Shown in pieces: positions 29,331 to 40,389 of a DNA stretch of 64,000 nucleotides. Source of the stretch: an uncultured Gammaproteobacteria bacterium. Lineage in GTDB: Bacteria > Pseudomonadota > Gammaproteobacteria > Steroidobacterales > Steroidobacteraceae. Below the pieces are notes generated by a model, which searched no databases, was not told where the DNA came from, and saw nothing but the letters and a program-made list of their open reading frames with translations. Numbering within the stretch: the first letter of the stretch is position 1; the number at the start of each line of letters is the position of its first letter. A program made the translations under genes and the position numbers. The stretch covers positions 224,713 through 288,712 of the forward strand of contig CAVVJB010000009.1 in NCBI GenBank assembly GCA_963748465.1, read 5' to 3'.

Positions 29331-30668
29331 GCTCAGTCCTGCCCGTCGTCGGACGGCACGACCGGCCGGGCTGTCTCGCGGCGCGAGCGCGGATGCCGAC
29401 TTGCCGCCCTCGAGGATGCGGATCTCGCGCTGGGCCGGCGGGATGGTGAGGCCCTTCGCGCGGAACAACGCCCAGATTCGCCGGTTCACGTCCGAGCGGA
29501 CGTTGTTGACGCCCTCGGCGGGGTCGCCGATCCAGAAGCGCAGCTCGATCTCCATGCCGTAATCGGCGAACTCGAGCAGCCGCGCCACGGCCGGCGGGTC
29601 GCGCAGGATCCGCGGGTGATCGGCCGCCTGCAGCAGGAGCTCGAGCGCGAGCTCCACGTCGTCGTGGTAGGCGATGCGAACGGGAAGCCGCAGGCGCACC
29701 CGCGGATGGCCGTAGCTCCAGTTGATGAGCGGGTTCGTGATCACGTTCTGGTTGGGCACCAGCGTCGCGACCCCGTCGCGGTCCCGGATCACGACGTGCC
29801 GGCCCCTCAGTTCCTCGACCCAGCCGAAACCCGTGGTGCTGGTGCCCGTGCTGCCGGTGAAGCTGATGACGTCGCCGGGCTTGATCGAGCGGTCGATCAG
29901 CAGCACGAAGCCGCTGACGAAGTTCGCGGCGATCGCCTGCAGGCCGAAGCCGAGTCCGAGGCCGATCGCGCCGGAAAAGACGGTGAGCGCGGTCAGGTCT
30001 ACGCCCGACGCCTGCAGGCCGAACAGCACGCCGAAGGCGATCAGGAACGCGTAGGCGAACTTGCCGATGCCGATGCGCGTCGACGGCGCCAGTTCCTTGA
30101 TTGCGCTGATGCGCTTGTCGATCCAGCGCGCGACCCAGACGCTCACGACCACGAACACCGTGACCGTCGCGATCGCCTTCAGCACCGACCAGATCGTGAT
30201 CCGTGTCTTGCCCTCGACGAGCCCGATCGAATCGAGCTGCGCGATCACCGGGTCGAGCCAGCCGAGGACCTCGGCCGCGATCACCGCCCAGACGATCAGC
30301 GTGGCGCGCAGTTCCCAGGCCTTGATAGTGCGGCTCTTCCCGAGCGAGAGCCTGAGCAGGAACATCACGAGGCGGATCAGGGCGAGCAGCGCGAGCAGCG
30401 TGGCCGCCGTCTCGAACCACGGCCGCGGCGCGCCGCCCGCGGCGAACAGCGCAAGGCCGGGGATCAGGAGGCCGACGAGGTAGGGGGCGACGACGGCGAA
30501 GGCGTCGGCGACGATTCCGCCCGCATGGCCGTTCGTGCGCGCGAGATACCAGCGCCGGCCCCAGAGCACGCCGACAGTAACGAAGATCGCCGTGGCCGCG
30601 ATCACCGGGAACTGGGGATTTCCCACGAACGCCCCGACCGCGCCCAGCAGTGCGGCGGCGCGATCCAT
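28935..30668 (-). CDS. MscS-family mechanosensitive channel ORF reading through, in frame, into arfB
   Basis: Literal 577-aa ORF. MscS-like TM and beta-domain homology ends near ..FRAKGLTIPPAQREIRILEGG (about 29400). A 24-aa linker then leads into the arfB Met. Confidence 0.7.
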   Translation of the reverse strand: MDRAAALLGAVGAFVGNPQFPVIAATAIFVTVGVLWGRRWYLARTNGHAGGIVADAFAVVAPYLVGLLIPGLALFAAGGAPRPWFETAATLLALLALIRLVMFLLRLSLGKSRTIKAWELRATLIVWAVIAAEVLGWLDPVIAQLDSIGLVEGKTRITIWSVLKAIATVTVFVVVSVWVARWIDKRISAIKELAPSTRIGIGKFAYAFLIAFGVLFGLQASGVDLTALTVFSGAIGLGLGFGLQAIAANFVSGFVLLIDRSIKPGDVISFTGSTGTSTTGFGWVEELRGRHVVIRDRDGVATLVPNQNVITNPLINWSYGHPRVRLRLPVRIAYHDDVELALELLLQAADHPRILRDPPAVARLLEFADYGMEIELRFWIGDPAEGVNNVRSDVNRRIWALFRAKGLTIPPAQREIRILEGGKSASALAPRDSPAGRAVRRRAGLSMIPEGEYTLSYVRSPGPGGQNVNKVSSACELRFLVAATSLLDEEGRQRLRRLAGRRLTQNDEIVIEAHRHRGQEANRRDAIARLEALVEQARHVPKPRKQTRPGRAAKARRLDGKRLQKVKKALRGRPALE

Positions 30669-30889
30669 CAGGCGTTGAGGTCCGGAATCAGCTCGCTCTC
30701 AAGCCGCAGGATCTGGTCCTTGAGGAGCAGCTTGCGTTTCTTCAGGCGCCGCAGCTGCAGCTCGTCGATGTAGATGTCGAGCGACAGGCGGCAGATGACG
30801 TCGTCGAGGTCCCGGTGCTCGATGCGGAGCTCGCGCAGGCGCTGCATGCGCGCGAACAACTCGGTGTTTACCTTGTCTTCGTCGGTCAT
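30668..30889 (-). CDS. DUF465/YdcH-family small protein
   Basis: 73 aa from MTDEDKVN. Family-typical ..DELQLRRLKKRKLLLKDQI.. ATGA overlap with the PHP gene stop. Confidence 0.7.
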   Translation of the reverse strand: MTDEDKVNTELFARMQRLRELRIEHRDLDDVICRLSLDIYIDELQLRRLKKRKLLLKDQILRLESELIPDLNA

Positions 30890-31758
30890 GACGCCAGGGT
30901 GTCGGTCTCGAGGACAGGGAAAGCGGGGTCCAGCCACACCGGTCGGACCGACCCGGGAAGCTTAGCCAAACGACCCGGAGGATTCCACGGCACCGCCGGG
31001 TCGTGGAAGTCCGAACCGACCGAGCCTTCGAGGCGGCAGCGGACGGCGAGCGAAATGGCGGCCTCGCGATCGCGCGGGCTGCCCCCGCCGGTCATGACCT
31101 CGACGCCGCGGCCGCCCGCCGCGGCGAATTCCGCGCACATTTCGCGGCGCGCGCCGGCCGAGAGCGGATACCGCATCGGGTGCGCGATCACCGCCTTGCC
31201 GCCGGCGCCGACGATCCACGCCGTCGCCTCGACAAGCCCGGGCCAGTCGCCGCCGACGTGTCCCGGCCGTCCGCGCCCGAGCCAGCGCTCGAAGGCGGCG
31301 CCCATGTCGGCGGCCATGCCGAGCGCGACCAGCTCGCGCGCAAAGTGGGTGCGGGTCGGGAGGCTGCCGTCGGCGCGGATTGCCGCGAGCGCCGCGCTTC
31401 CGGGTGCGCCCGCCGCATCCAGCCGGGAGGCGATCCGCTCGGCGCGTGCCTCGCGCCGCGCCTGTTGCGCCGCCAGTGCGCAAGCAAGCGCAGGCGAGGC
31501 GGGGTCGATCGCGAGCCCGAGCACGTGGATGGACCGCCCGCGCCAGCTCGCCGACACCTCGACGCCCGCGACGAACGCGAGGTCCAGGACCCGTGCAGCC
31601 GCCGCGGCGGCCTCGACGCCCGCCACCGTGTCGTGGTCGGTGAGCGCCATCAGCTTCACGCCGTGGGCGGCGACGTGGGCGACGAGCGCCGCCGGATCGA
31701 GCACGCCGTCGGAGGCCGTGGAATGCAGGTGCAGGTCGACCGGCGAGTGCGGGCTCAT
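30886..31758 (-). CDS. PHP-domain phosphoesterase (TrpH/YciV-like)
   Basis: VDLHLHSTASDGV N-terminal PHP motif; 290 aa. Confidence 0.8.
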   Translation of the reverse strand: MSPHSPVDLHLHSTASDGVLDPAALVAHVAAHGVKLMALTDHDTVAGVEAAAAAARVLDLAFVAGVEVSASWRGRSIHVLGLAIDPASPALACALAAQQARREARAERIASRLDAAGAPGSAALAAIRADGSLPTRTHFARELVALGMAADMGAAFERWLGRGRPGHVGGDWPGLVEATAWIVGAGGKAVIAHPMRYPLSAGARREMCAEFAAAGGRGVEVMTGGGSPRDREAAISLAVRCRLEGSVGSDFHDPAVPWNPPGRLAKLPGSVRPVWLDPAFPVLETDTLAS

Positions 31759-32066
31759 ACGGCGCGCGGGCCGAGCCCGACCGAGTCGACACGGTCGCCC
31801 GTCACCACGACGAATCCACGCTGTCGCGCGTAACCATCGGCCGTGTAGTCGAAGACGTAAGTGCGATGCCAGGCCAACGGGGCGTCGCCGCTACGCACCA
31901 CGCGCAGGCGCAGGATCGAAACCGTGCCGTCCAGCATCTGCACGTTGGCACCGGCGCAGGTTTCCTGCGCGACGCGATTCGCGAGCTCGCGGGCCGCGAG
32001 GCTGGAATGCCAGAAGGCGACGGCTATCGCGAGCGCGGCGACGGAGAGCAGGAGCCCCCAGGTCAT
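31755..32066 (-). CDS. DUF3301-family small membrane protein
   Basis: 103 aa MTWGLLLSVAALAIAVAFW.. with one N-terminal TM. ATGA overlaps on both sides. Confidence 0.6.
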   Translation of the reverse strand: MTWGLLLSVAALAIAVAFWHSSLAARELANRVAQETCAGANVQMLDGTVSILRLRVVRSGDAPLAWHRTYVFDYTADGYARQRGFVVVTGDRVDSVGLGPRAV

Positions 32067-32860
32067 CGCACCAGCGCGAGCCAGTCGATGTCGGCGTCGG
32101 CGAATGCCACGAAATTCGGGTTGAGCGTGTCCTCGCGGTTGTACTCGAGCGGATCGCCGTCGAGCTTGAGGACCTGCCCGCCCGCCTGTTCGAGCACGCA
32201 CTGGCCTGCGGCGGTGTCCCACTCGCAAGTCGGCCCGAGGCGGGGATAGACGTCCGCCAGGCCCTCGGCGACGAGGCACATCTTGAGCGAACTGCCGACC
32301 TCCACGAGCTCGTGCGGACCGACCCGCGACAGGAAGGCGTCCAGCGAGCTGCCGCGGTGCGAGCGGCTGCCGACGACCCGCACCGGGCCGGGGCCGCGCT
32401 TCGCGACGCGGATCGGGCGGCCCTGGGCGGTGGCGTCGGAGCGGAATGCGCCGATGCCTTCGCAGGCGAGATAGTCGCGCTCGAGCACCGGCGCATGGAC
32501 GACGCCGAGTACCGGCCGCTGGTTGTCCACGAGCGCGATGTTGACCGTGAATTCGCCGTTTCGCTGCACGAACTCCTTGGTGCCGTCGAGCGGGTCCACG
32601 ACCCAGAGCCGGCTCCACTTCCGGCGCGTGGCGAACGCGGCCTGGGCGGATTCCTCGGACAGCACCGGGATCTCCGGCGCGATGCGCCGCAATCCGGCGA
32701 GGATCAGTTTCTCGGAGCGCAGGTCCGCCTCGGTGAGCGGCGAACTGTCGGCCTTTTCCTGGACGCTGAACGAGGACGCGTAAACCTCGAGGATGGCGCG
32801 TCCGGCCTCGCGCGCCAGCGCGGTCACGTCGAGCAGCAGCTGGTTCGGGTCGGTGGTCAT
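32063..32860 (-). CDS. cysQ: 3'(2'),5'-bisphosphate nucleotidase
   Basis: Colinear with E. coli CysQ, including WVVDPLDGTKEFVQRNGEFTVNIALV and CEWDTAAGQ. Confidence 0.85.
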   Translation of the reverse strand: MTTDPNQLLLDVTALAREAGRAILEVYASSFSVQEKADSSPLTEADLRSEKLILAGLRRIAPEIPVLSEESAQAAFATRRKWSRLWVVDPLDGTKEFVQRNGEFTVNIALVDNQRPVLGVVHAPVLERDYLACEGIGAFRSDATAQGRPIRVAKRGPGPVRVVGSRSHRGSSLDAFLSRVGPHELVEVGSSLKMCLVAEGLADVYPRLGPTCEWDTAAGQCVLEQAGGQVLKLDGDPLEYNREDTLNPNFVAFADADIDWLALVR

Positions 32861-32897
32861 TTCGGCTCCGGAAAGTGGCGCGTTATATCATAGGCGC

Positions 32898-33590
32898 GTG
32901 CACGGGAGCGCTCATTCCCCCGACTGGTCCGCCATCGACACCGTCCTGCTCGACATGGACGGCACGCTCCTCGATCTCGACTACGACAAGCGCTTCTGGG
33001 GGGAGCACCTGCCCCGGCGCTTCGCCGAGAGCCGCGGCATCGCAGTCGAGGAAGCCCGCCGGCTGATGCGCCCGATCTTCGAATCGACGGCGGGCACGCT
33101 CGACTGGTACTGCGTCAATTACTGGAGCCGGGTGCTCGCCATCGACATCGCCACCATGAAACGCTCCACCCGGCACGAGGTCGACTGGCTGCCCGATGCG
33201 CGCGCGTTCCTCGACCGGGTCCGGGCCGCCGGCCGCCGGCTCGTCCTGGTCACGAACGCGCATCCGGACACACTCGCGATCAAGGATGCCCACCTCGGCA
33301 TCCGGCGCCGCTTCGACGCGGTCTATTCATCGCACGAATTCGGCGAACCGAAGGAGGGCGCGGGGTTCTGGCGGAAGTTCGCCGCGCGCGAGCCCTTCGA
33401 CCCGGCCCGCACCCTGTTCGCGGACGACAACGCGGCCGTGCTCGAGGCCGCGCGCGACCACGGCATCCGCTGGGTGTACGCGGTACGCCGACCGGTGCAT
33501 CGTGCGCCGGCGCGCGCTGCGAACGGATTCGCGGGCGTGGAATCGGTGCTGGAGCTGGCGCAGGGCCTCGCGGCCCGGACCCAAGGCTAG
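32898..33590 (+). CDS. yrfG: HAD-family GMP/IMP nucleotidase
   Basis: GTG start. IDTVLLDMDGTLLDLDYDKRFW and LVTNAHP are colinear with E. coli YrfG. Confidence 0.75.
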   Translation: MHGSAHSPDWSAIDTVLLDMDGTLLDLDYDKRFWGEHLPRRFAESRGIAVEEARRLMRPIFESTAGTLDWYCVNYWSRVLAIDIATMKRSTRHEVDWLPDARAFLDRVRAAGRRLVLVTNAHPDTLAIKDAHLGIRRRFDAVYSSHEFGEPKEGAGFWRKFAAREPFDPARTLFADDNAAVLEAARDHGIRWVYAVRRPVHRAPARAANGFAGVESVLELAQGLAARTQG

Positions 33591-34936
33591 CGCGACCCGC
33601 CGCCGCCGGGCCCGCTGCGGCGCCGGCGGCGCCTGCCGCCGGGAGGACCCGAGCCTGCGCCGCTGCCTTGAGGGCGGCCCGCCGCGCGCTCGACGTCGCG
33701 GGGCGACGGCCCGTCCTCTTCCTCGTCGCCGAAGGAGCGAGGCGCGAAGTGGGCGGGCCGGAGTTCCCCGAGTTCCGCGGGATCGTAGCTGCCGACCGGT
33801 ATGCGGTGGCCGATGAACGCCTCGATCTGCGGCAGCGATTCGACGTAATGCTCGCAGCCGAAGCTCACGGCATCGCCCGCCGCACCGGCGCGCGCGGTGC
33901 GCCCGATCCGGTGCACGTAGTCCTCCGCGTCCTGCGGCAGGTCGTAGTTGAACACGTGGCTGACGTCGGGAATGTGCAGGCCCCGCGCCGCGACGTCGGT
34001 CGCGACCAGCGCCGCCAGCTTGCCGTCGTGGAACTCGCGCAGCATGCGCATGCGCTTGCGCTGCGGCACGTCGCCCGACATCGCTGAGGCGACCACGCCG
34101 TTCGCCCGCAACAGGCGCTCGAGCCGCTCGGCGAGGCGCTTGGTGTTGACGAACACGAGCGTGCGGGTGGCCGCTCCCTTGCGCAGCAGGTGAACGAGGA
34201 GGGCAGCCTTCTCCTCCATCGCCGGGAAGTAGATCACCTGGCGCACGCGCTCGGCGGTGATGCGCTCGGGCTCGATGCGGATCAGCTCGGGGTCGTTCAT
34301 GTGCTCGTAGGCGAGCTCGAGCACGCGGTGCGAGAGCGTCGCCGAGAAGAGCATGTTGAGGCGATGCTCCGGCGCCGGCAGCCGGCGCAGCAGGAAGCGG
34401 ATGTCCTTGATGAAGCCGAGGTCGAACATCCGGTCGGCCTCGTCGAGGACCATCACCTGCACGTGGCGCAGGTCGAAGACGTGCTGGCGGAAGAAGTCGA
34501 TGGTGCGGCCCGGGGTGCCGATCAGCAGGTCGACGCCCGCCGCGAGCGTGCGACGCTGCTTTTCGTAGTCGACGCCGCCGAATGCCAGGCCCAGCGCGAG
34601 ACCGGTGTACTGCGACAGCACCTCGGCGTCGCGGTGGATCTGGATCGCGAGCTCGCGGGTGGGCGCGAGCACCAGCGCGCGCGGCGAGGTGGCCGGCCGG
34701 TCCGCGGCGGCCGGGTAGCGCAGCAGGTGCGTGAAGAGGGCGACCAGGAACGCGGCCGTCTTGCCGGTGCCGGTCTGGGCCTGGCCGGCGACGTCGAAGC
34801 CAGCCAGCGCCCGCGGCAGGGTCTGGGCCTGGATCGGCGTGCAGTGCTCGAACCCCGCGTCGGCGATGCCGCGGGCGACGGGTTCAGGCAGGTTCAGTCC
34901 GGTAAAGGAAAGGTCCGAGAATTGCTGATGTGTCAA
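33587..34936 (-). CDS. rhlB: DEAD-box ATP-dependent RNA helicase
   Basis: Q motif, AQTGTGKT, DEAD and SAT motifs, and an Arg/Gly-rich C-tail. Sits next to trxA-rho as in enterobacteria. Confidence 0.85.
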   Translation of the reverse strand: MTHQQFSDLSFTGLNLPEPVARGIADAGFEHCTPIQAQTLPRALAGFDVAGQAQTGTGKTAAFLVALFTHLLRYPAAADRPATSPRALVLAPTRELAIQIHRDAEVLSQYTGLALGLAFGGVDYEKQRRTLAAGVDLLIGTPGRTIDFFRQHVFDLRHVQVMVLDEADRMFDLGFIKDIRFLLRRLPAPEHRLNMLFSATLSHRVLELAYEHMNDPELIRIEPERITAERVRQVIYFPAMEEKAALLVHLLRKGAATRTLVFVNTKRLAERLERLLRANGVVASAMSGDVPQRKRMRMLREFHDGKLAALVATDVAARGLHIPDVSHVFNYDLPQDAEDYVHRIGRTARAGAAGDAVSFGCEHYVESLPQIEAFIGHRIPVGSYDPAELGELRPAHFAPRSFGDEEEDGPSPRDVERAAGRPQGSGAGSGPPGGRRRRRRSGPGGGGSR

Positions 34937-35104
34937 CGGATCACTACTTTGGGCGTCATCACTTGAAAAAAGGCCTCCGACACGTTACAAAAGGGTCCTA
35001 GCGGTGCGGTTCCCCGCACGTATTGCTCCCAAACGCGCTGAATATTGTGCCGCATCGGGCATTCGCCCGTCACCGATCAACTTGAAATCAGGAGAAATGC
35101 CCGC

Positions 35105-35431
35105 GTGAGCGGCAATATCGTCCATACGACCGACGCGACGTTCGATACCGACGTCCTCAAATCCGATACGCCCGTACTGCTCGATTTCTGGGCCGAATGG
35201 TGCGGACCCTGCAAGGCAATCGCCCCCATCCTCGACGACATCGCGAAGGACTACGCGGGCCGGGTCAAGGTTGCCAAGCTCAACATCGACGATAACCGCC
35301 AGACGCCCGTGAAGTACGGCGTCAGGGGCATCCCGACGCTGATCCTGTTCAAGAATGGCGCCCCGGAGGCGCAGCAGGTCGGCCTCGTCGGGAAGTCCAA
35401 GCTGGCTGCCTTGCTGGACCAGCACCTATGA
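35105..35431 (+). CDS. trxA: thioredoxin 1
   Basis: 108 aa with a GTG start 8 nt after AGGAGA. WCGPC active site. Confidence 0.9.
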   Translation: MSGNIVHTTDATFDTDVLKSDTPVLLDFWAEWCGPCKAIAPILDDIAKDYAGRVKVAKLNIDDNRQTPVKYGVRGIPTLILFKNGAPEAQQVGLVGKSKLAALLDQHL

Positions 35432-35604
35432 GGGGCTATCTCGGCAACCAGGCCCGTAATCGCCAGAAGGGCGGCCATCGCAACCGCGGCGGCGGCGGAC
35501 CGCGCCACAGCCAGGAAGGACTGCCGGTCGACGACCACACCGGGATGGACGGCCCGGACGGCGACATCATCTCGCCGGAGGAGCTCGCAGCATCGCGCAG
35601 CGCG

Positions 35605-36860
<1,256 letters not shown>

Positions 36861-36864
<4 letters not shown>

Positions 36865-37493
36865 GCGAGGCGCTGCGCCACCTGCGCCGGGTCGACCCGG
36901 TGATGGCGCAGCTCATTCGCCGCGCGGGTCCCTACGCGGTCAGGCCCGAGCGCGGCGCCGGGCCCTACGAGGCGCTGGTGCAGGCGGTCGCCCACCAGCA
37001 GCTCACCGGCAAGGCGGCCAGGACCATCCTCGGCCGCTTTTACGCGCTGTACGGCATCGACTGCTGCCCGGAACCGGCACGGCTCGTCGAGACCCCGGAC
37101 GAGGCCCTGCGCGGCTGCGGCTTCTCGCGCGCCAAGACGGCCGCCCTCAAGGACATCGCGGCGCGTTCCCTCGACGGCAGCATCCCGCCCCGGCGCGCGC
37201 TCGCGCGCATGAAGGACGACGCCATCATCGAGCGCCTCGTCGAGGCGCGCGGCGTCGGCCGCTGGACCGTCGAGATGTTCCTGATGTTCACGCTCGGCCG
37301 GCCTGACGTGCTGCCGGTGGACGACTACGGCGTCCGTCTCGGCTACAAGATCGCCTACGGCAAGCGCACACTGCCGAAGCCGAAGTCGCTCGCGAAGATC
37401 GGCGAGCAGTGGGCGCCGTACCGCACGACGGCGTCCTGGTACCTGTGGCGGGCGGTGGACATGGAGAGGGCGCGAAGTGGACAAGCTGGCTGA
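36861..37493 (+). CDS. HhH-GPD DNA-3-methyladenine glycosylase II-like
   Basis: 210 aa. HhH-GPD region [28 protein letters not shown] overlap with the rho stop. Confidence 0.8.
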
Positions 37494-38352
37494 GCTTCTC
37501 GGGCGGCGCAAGGTCATCCTCGGCGACGGCGCCATGGGCACGATGCTGCACCTCGCCGGGCTCACCGACGGCGCACCGGAACGCTGGAACGTGGAACGGC
37601 CCGACGTCGTGTCGTCGATCCATCGCGCCTACGTCGAGGCCGGCAGCGATTTCATCTCGAGCAACACTTTCGGCGGCACGCGCAATCGACTGCAGCTCGA
37701 CGGCCTCGCGGACCGCGCCTTCGAGCTGAACCAGGCCGGGGCGCGGCTCGCGCGCGAAGCGGCCGGCACGCGGCTCGTTGCCGGCTCCATGGGCCCGACC
37801 GGCGAGCTCATGGATCCGCTCGGCCTGCTGACGCCGGACGGCGCGCGGGCGTCGTTCGCCGAGCAGGCGAAAGCCCTGAAGGCAGGCGGCGCCGATTTCG
37901 CGCTCATCGAAACGATGAGCGCGCTGGAAGAAGTGCAGGCGGCGGTCGAGGGCGCCCGCGAAGGCGGCTTGCCGGCCGTGGTCACCATGAGCTTCGACAC
38001 GCATTTCCGCACGATGATGGGCATCAGGCCGGTGGACGCGCTGAAAACCGTCGCCGGGTGGGGCGTCACCGTGGTCGGGGCCAATTGCGGCAACGGGCCG
38101 GCCGAGATCGAGCGCGTCATGACGGAGATGGCGCAGGCGAAGCCGGAAGGCATCTTCCTGATGGCGAAATCGAACGCCGGCATGCCGCGCTGGAAGGACG
38201 ACCGCATCACCTACGGCGGCACGCCCGGGGTCATGGCGGACTATGCGCGCCGCATGAAGGCACTCGGGGTGCAAGTCATCGGCGGTTGCTGCGGCAGCAC
38301 GCCGGAGCACATCGCCGCGATGCACGATGCGTTGACCGCCCCTATGGCGTGA
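37477..38352 (+). CDS. homocysteine S-methyltransferase family protein
   Basis: GTG start after GGAGAGG. Hcy-binding domain with the C-terminal zinc-ligand context IGGCCGSTPEHI. Confidence 0.8.
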   Translation: MDKLAELLGRRKVILGDGAMGTMLHLAGLTDGAPERWNVERPDVVSSIHRAYVEAGSDFISSNTFGGTRNRLQLDGLADRAFELNQAGARLAREAAGTRLVAGSMGPTGELMDPLGLLTPDGARASFAEQAKALKAGGADFALIETMSALEEVQAAVEGAREGGLPAVVTMSFDTHFRTMMGIRPVDALKTVAGWGVTVVGANCGNGPAEIERVMTEMAQAKPEGIFLMAKSNAGMPRWKDDRITYGGTPGVMADYARRMKALGVQVIGGCCGSTPEHIAAMHDALTAPMA

Positions 38353-38692
38353 GGTAGACGGCGGTCAACGTCATGATGAAGGCGACGACCGCGACCAGCG
38401 CATGCACGACGATGACGCCGTTCGGCAGCCGCTTCTGGTCCATGTGCTGAGCCGCCAGATAGATGCCGCCCAGCGCCGCGATCCCGAACAGCCAGAGCGC
38501 CCAGGGTCCTGCGCCGCGCAGGCCGTATTCCCGCGACGCCAGCAACAGGACGATGACGCCCGACACGGCCAGCACGCCGTGCGTGGCCGCGACGATGCCG
38601 CGCGGCGGCGTGCGGCCACGGAAATGCTGGATGGCCATGTAGAGTCCGACCGCCGCACCGAGCGCGATGAGGAGCACGGCAATGTTGAACAC
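38342..38692 (-). CDS. small 4-TM membrane protein, unknown function
   Basis: GTG start 5 nt after GGAGAA; 116 aa, hydrophobic throughout. Lies downstream of and co-oriented with the dehydrogenase gene. Confidence 0.5.
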   Translation of the reverse strand: MFNIAVLLIALGAAVGLYMAIQHFRGRTPPRGIVAATHGVLAVSGVIVLLLASREYGLRGAGPWALWLFGIAALGGIYLAAQHMDQKRLPNGVIVVHALVAVVAFIMTLTAVYLTP

Positions 38693-38703
38693 GCTCTTTC
38701 TCC

Positions 38704-40029
38704 TTATTGGGACTTCGAAACGCGCCAGATGACGTTGCCGACGTCGTCGGCGACGAGCAGCCCGCCCGCCTTGTCGACCGCGACGCCCACGGGACGGCCC
38801 TGGGCGTTGCCGTCCTCGTCCAGGAACCCCGTCAGGACGTCGAGCGGCGGGCCGGAAGGCCGGCCGTCGCGGAAGGGCACGAAGATCACCTTGTAGCCCG
38901 ACCGGGGCTTCCGGTTCCAGGAACCGTGCTGTCCGACGAACATGCCTTTCGCGAACTGCGGCGGGAGGTCCGCTCCGTCCGCGAGCGCGAGCCCCAGCGA
39001 GGCGGTGTGCGGCCCCAGCGCGTAGTCGGGCTTGATGGCCTTCGCGACGAGATCCGGACGCGGCGGCTGCACGCGCTCGTCGACGATCTGTCCGTAATAG
39101 CTGTAGGGCCAGCCATAGAACCCGCCGGGCGTGACCGACGTCAGGTAATCCGGGACGAGGTCGCCGCCGATCGCGTCGCGCTCGTTGACGACCGTCCACA
39201 ACATGCCCGTCGTGGGCTCCCAGGCGAGACCGTTCGGGTTGCGCAGTCCGGTTGCGTAAGAGCGGCGCGCGCCGGTCGCCGCATCGATCTCGAGGATCGC
39301 CGCGCGGTCGACCTCCTTGTCCATGCCATGCTCGGCGACGTTGCTGTTCGATCCCACGGTGACGTAGAGCTTCGAGCCGTCCGGACTTGCGATGACATTC
39401 TTGGTCCAGTGGTGGTTCAGCGGACCGCCGGGAAGGTCCGCCAGCTTCGTCGCGCCCGCTTTGACCGCGGTCTCTCCCGGCCGGTAGGGGAAACGGACCA
39501 GGGCGTCGGTGTTTGCGACGTAGAGCTGATCGCCGACCAGCGCCATGCCGAAGGGCGAATTGAGCTCCGACAGGAATACGGATCGCAGGTCTGCGCTGCC
39601 GTCGCCGTCGGTATCCCTGAACAGCGTGATGCGATTCGCGCTCGGCACGGCGGCACCTGCGCGCTTCATCACCTTGCCCATCACCCAGCCCTTGACGCCG
39701 AGCAGCTCCTCGCGAAGCGGCCGCTCGGGTGCGTTGGTCTCCGCGACGAGCACGTCGCCGTTCGGCAGGACATGGAGCCAGCGCGGGTGGTCGAGATCGC
39801 CGGCAAACGCCGAGACCCGCATCCCGGCCGCGACGACGGGCTTTTCCCCATTGGACCAGCCGACGGCCGGCGCGATGTGGACGGTCGGCACGTAGCCCTC
39901 GTCGGCGGGTGGCGGCAGGGTCGGGTCCGGACCCGTCCCGTCCTCGACCTGGAGTTTCGCTTCGCTGCCGCAACCCGCAAGCGCGATCGCGGCGAACCAT
40001 CCCGCCCAGGACTTGCGATTCGGTCGCAT
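38704..40029 (-). CDS. PQQ-dependent sugar (sorbosone/glucose) dehydrogenase-like lipoprotein
   Basis: Lipobox IALAGC. Beta-propeller sequence with motifs typical of soluble PQQ dehydrogenases (..GDLVPDYLT.., GWPYSYYG). Confidence 0.75.
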   Translation of the reverse strand: MRPNRKSWAGWFAAIALAGCGSEAKLQVEDGTGPDPTLPPPADEGYVPTVHIAPAVGWSNGEKPVVAAGMRVSAFAGDLDHPRWLHVLPNGDVLVAETNAPERPLREELLGVKGWVMGKVMKRAGAAVPSANRITLFRDTDGDGSADLRSVFLSELNSPFGMALVGDQLYVANTDALVRFPYRPGETAVKAGATKLADLPGGPLNHHWTKNVIASPDGSKLYVTVGSNSNVAEHGMDKEVDRAAILEIDAATGARRSYATGLRNPNGLAWEPTTGMLWTVVNERDAIGGDLVPDYLTSVTPGGFYGWPYSYYGQIVDERVQPPRPDLVAKAIKPDYALGPHTASLGLALADGADLPPQFAKGMFVGQHGSWNRKPRSGYKVIFVPFRDGRPSGPPLDVLTGFLDEDGNAQGRPVGVAVDKAGGLLVADDVGNVIWRVSKSQ

Positions 40030-40101
40030 GGCTGCCGGCAGGGTCAGCCGCGTGTCTCCATCTGTCTGTCAGCCGGCGCCGCGTCCGGCGAACGGGCCCG
40101 G

Positions 40102-40389
40102 CTAGGCCTTGGCGTCGGGGAATTCCTCGTCGAGGATGCGAGCCAGCTCCTCGTCGATGCGGTCACGGAACATGGCCACCAGGAAACCGAGCCTGGCTTC
40201 GACCACGACGTCGTTCTTGCCGACCGTGACCTTGCCGTTGACGCTCGGATGATCGACGGACAGCACGTCGCCCTTCCAGGTGCATTCGGCGTCGAACTTC
40301 CTGGCGAGCACGTCGGCGACACGCTCGACTTTCCTGCGCGCCGCCTTCGGCGTGAGGTCGTGCTCGCGGCGCAGGTGAATCTTGCTCAT
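40102..40389 (-). CDS. putative polyhydroxyalkanoic-acid-system family protein
   Basis: 95 aa MSKIHLRREHDLTPKAARRKVERVADVLARKFD.. resembles that small conserved family. Confidence 0.55.
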   Translation of the reverse strand: MSKIHLRREHDLTPKAARRKVERVADVLARKFDAECTWKGDVLSVDHPSVNGKVTVGKNDVVVEARLGFLVAMFRDRIDEELARILDEEFPDAKA

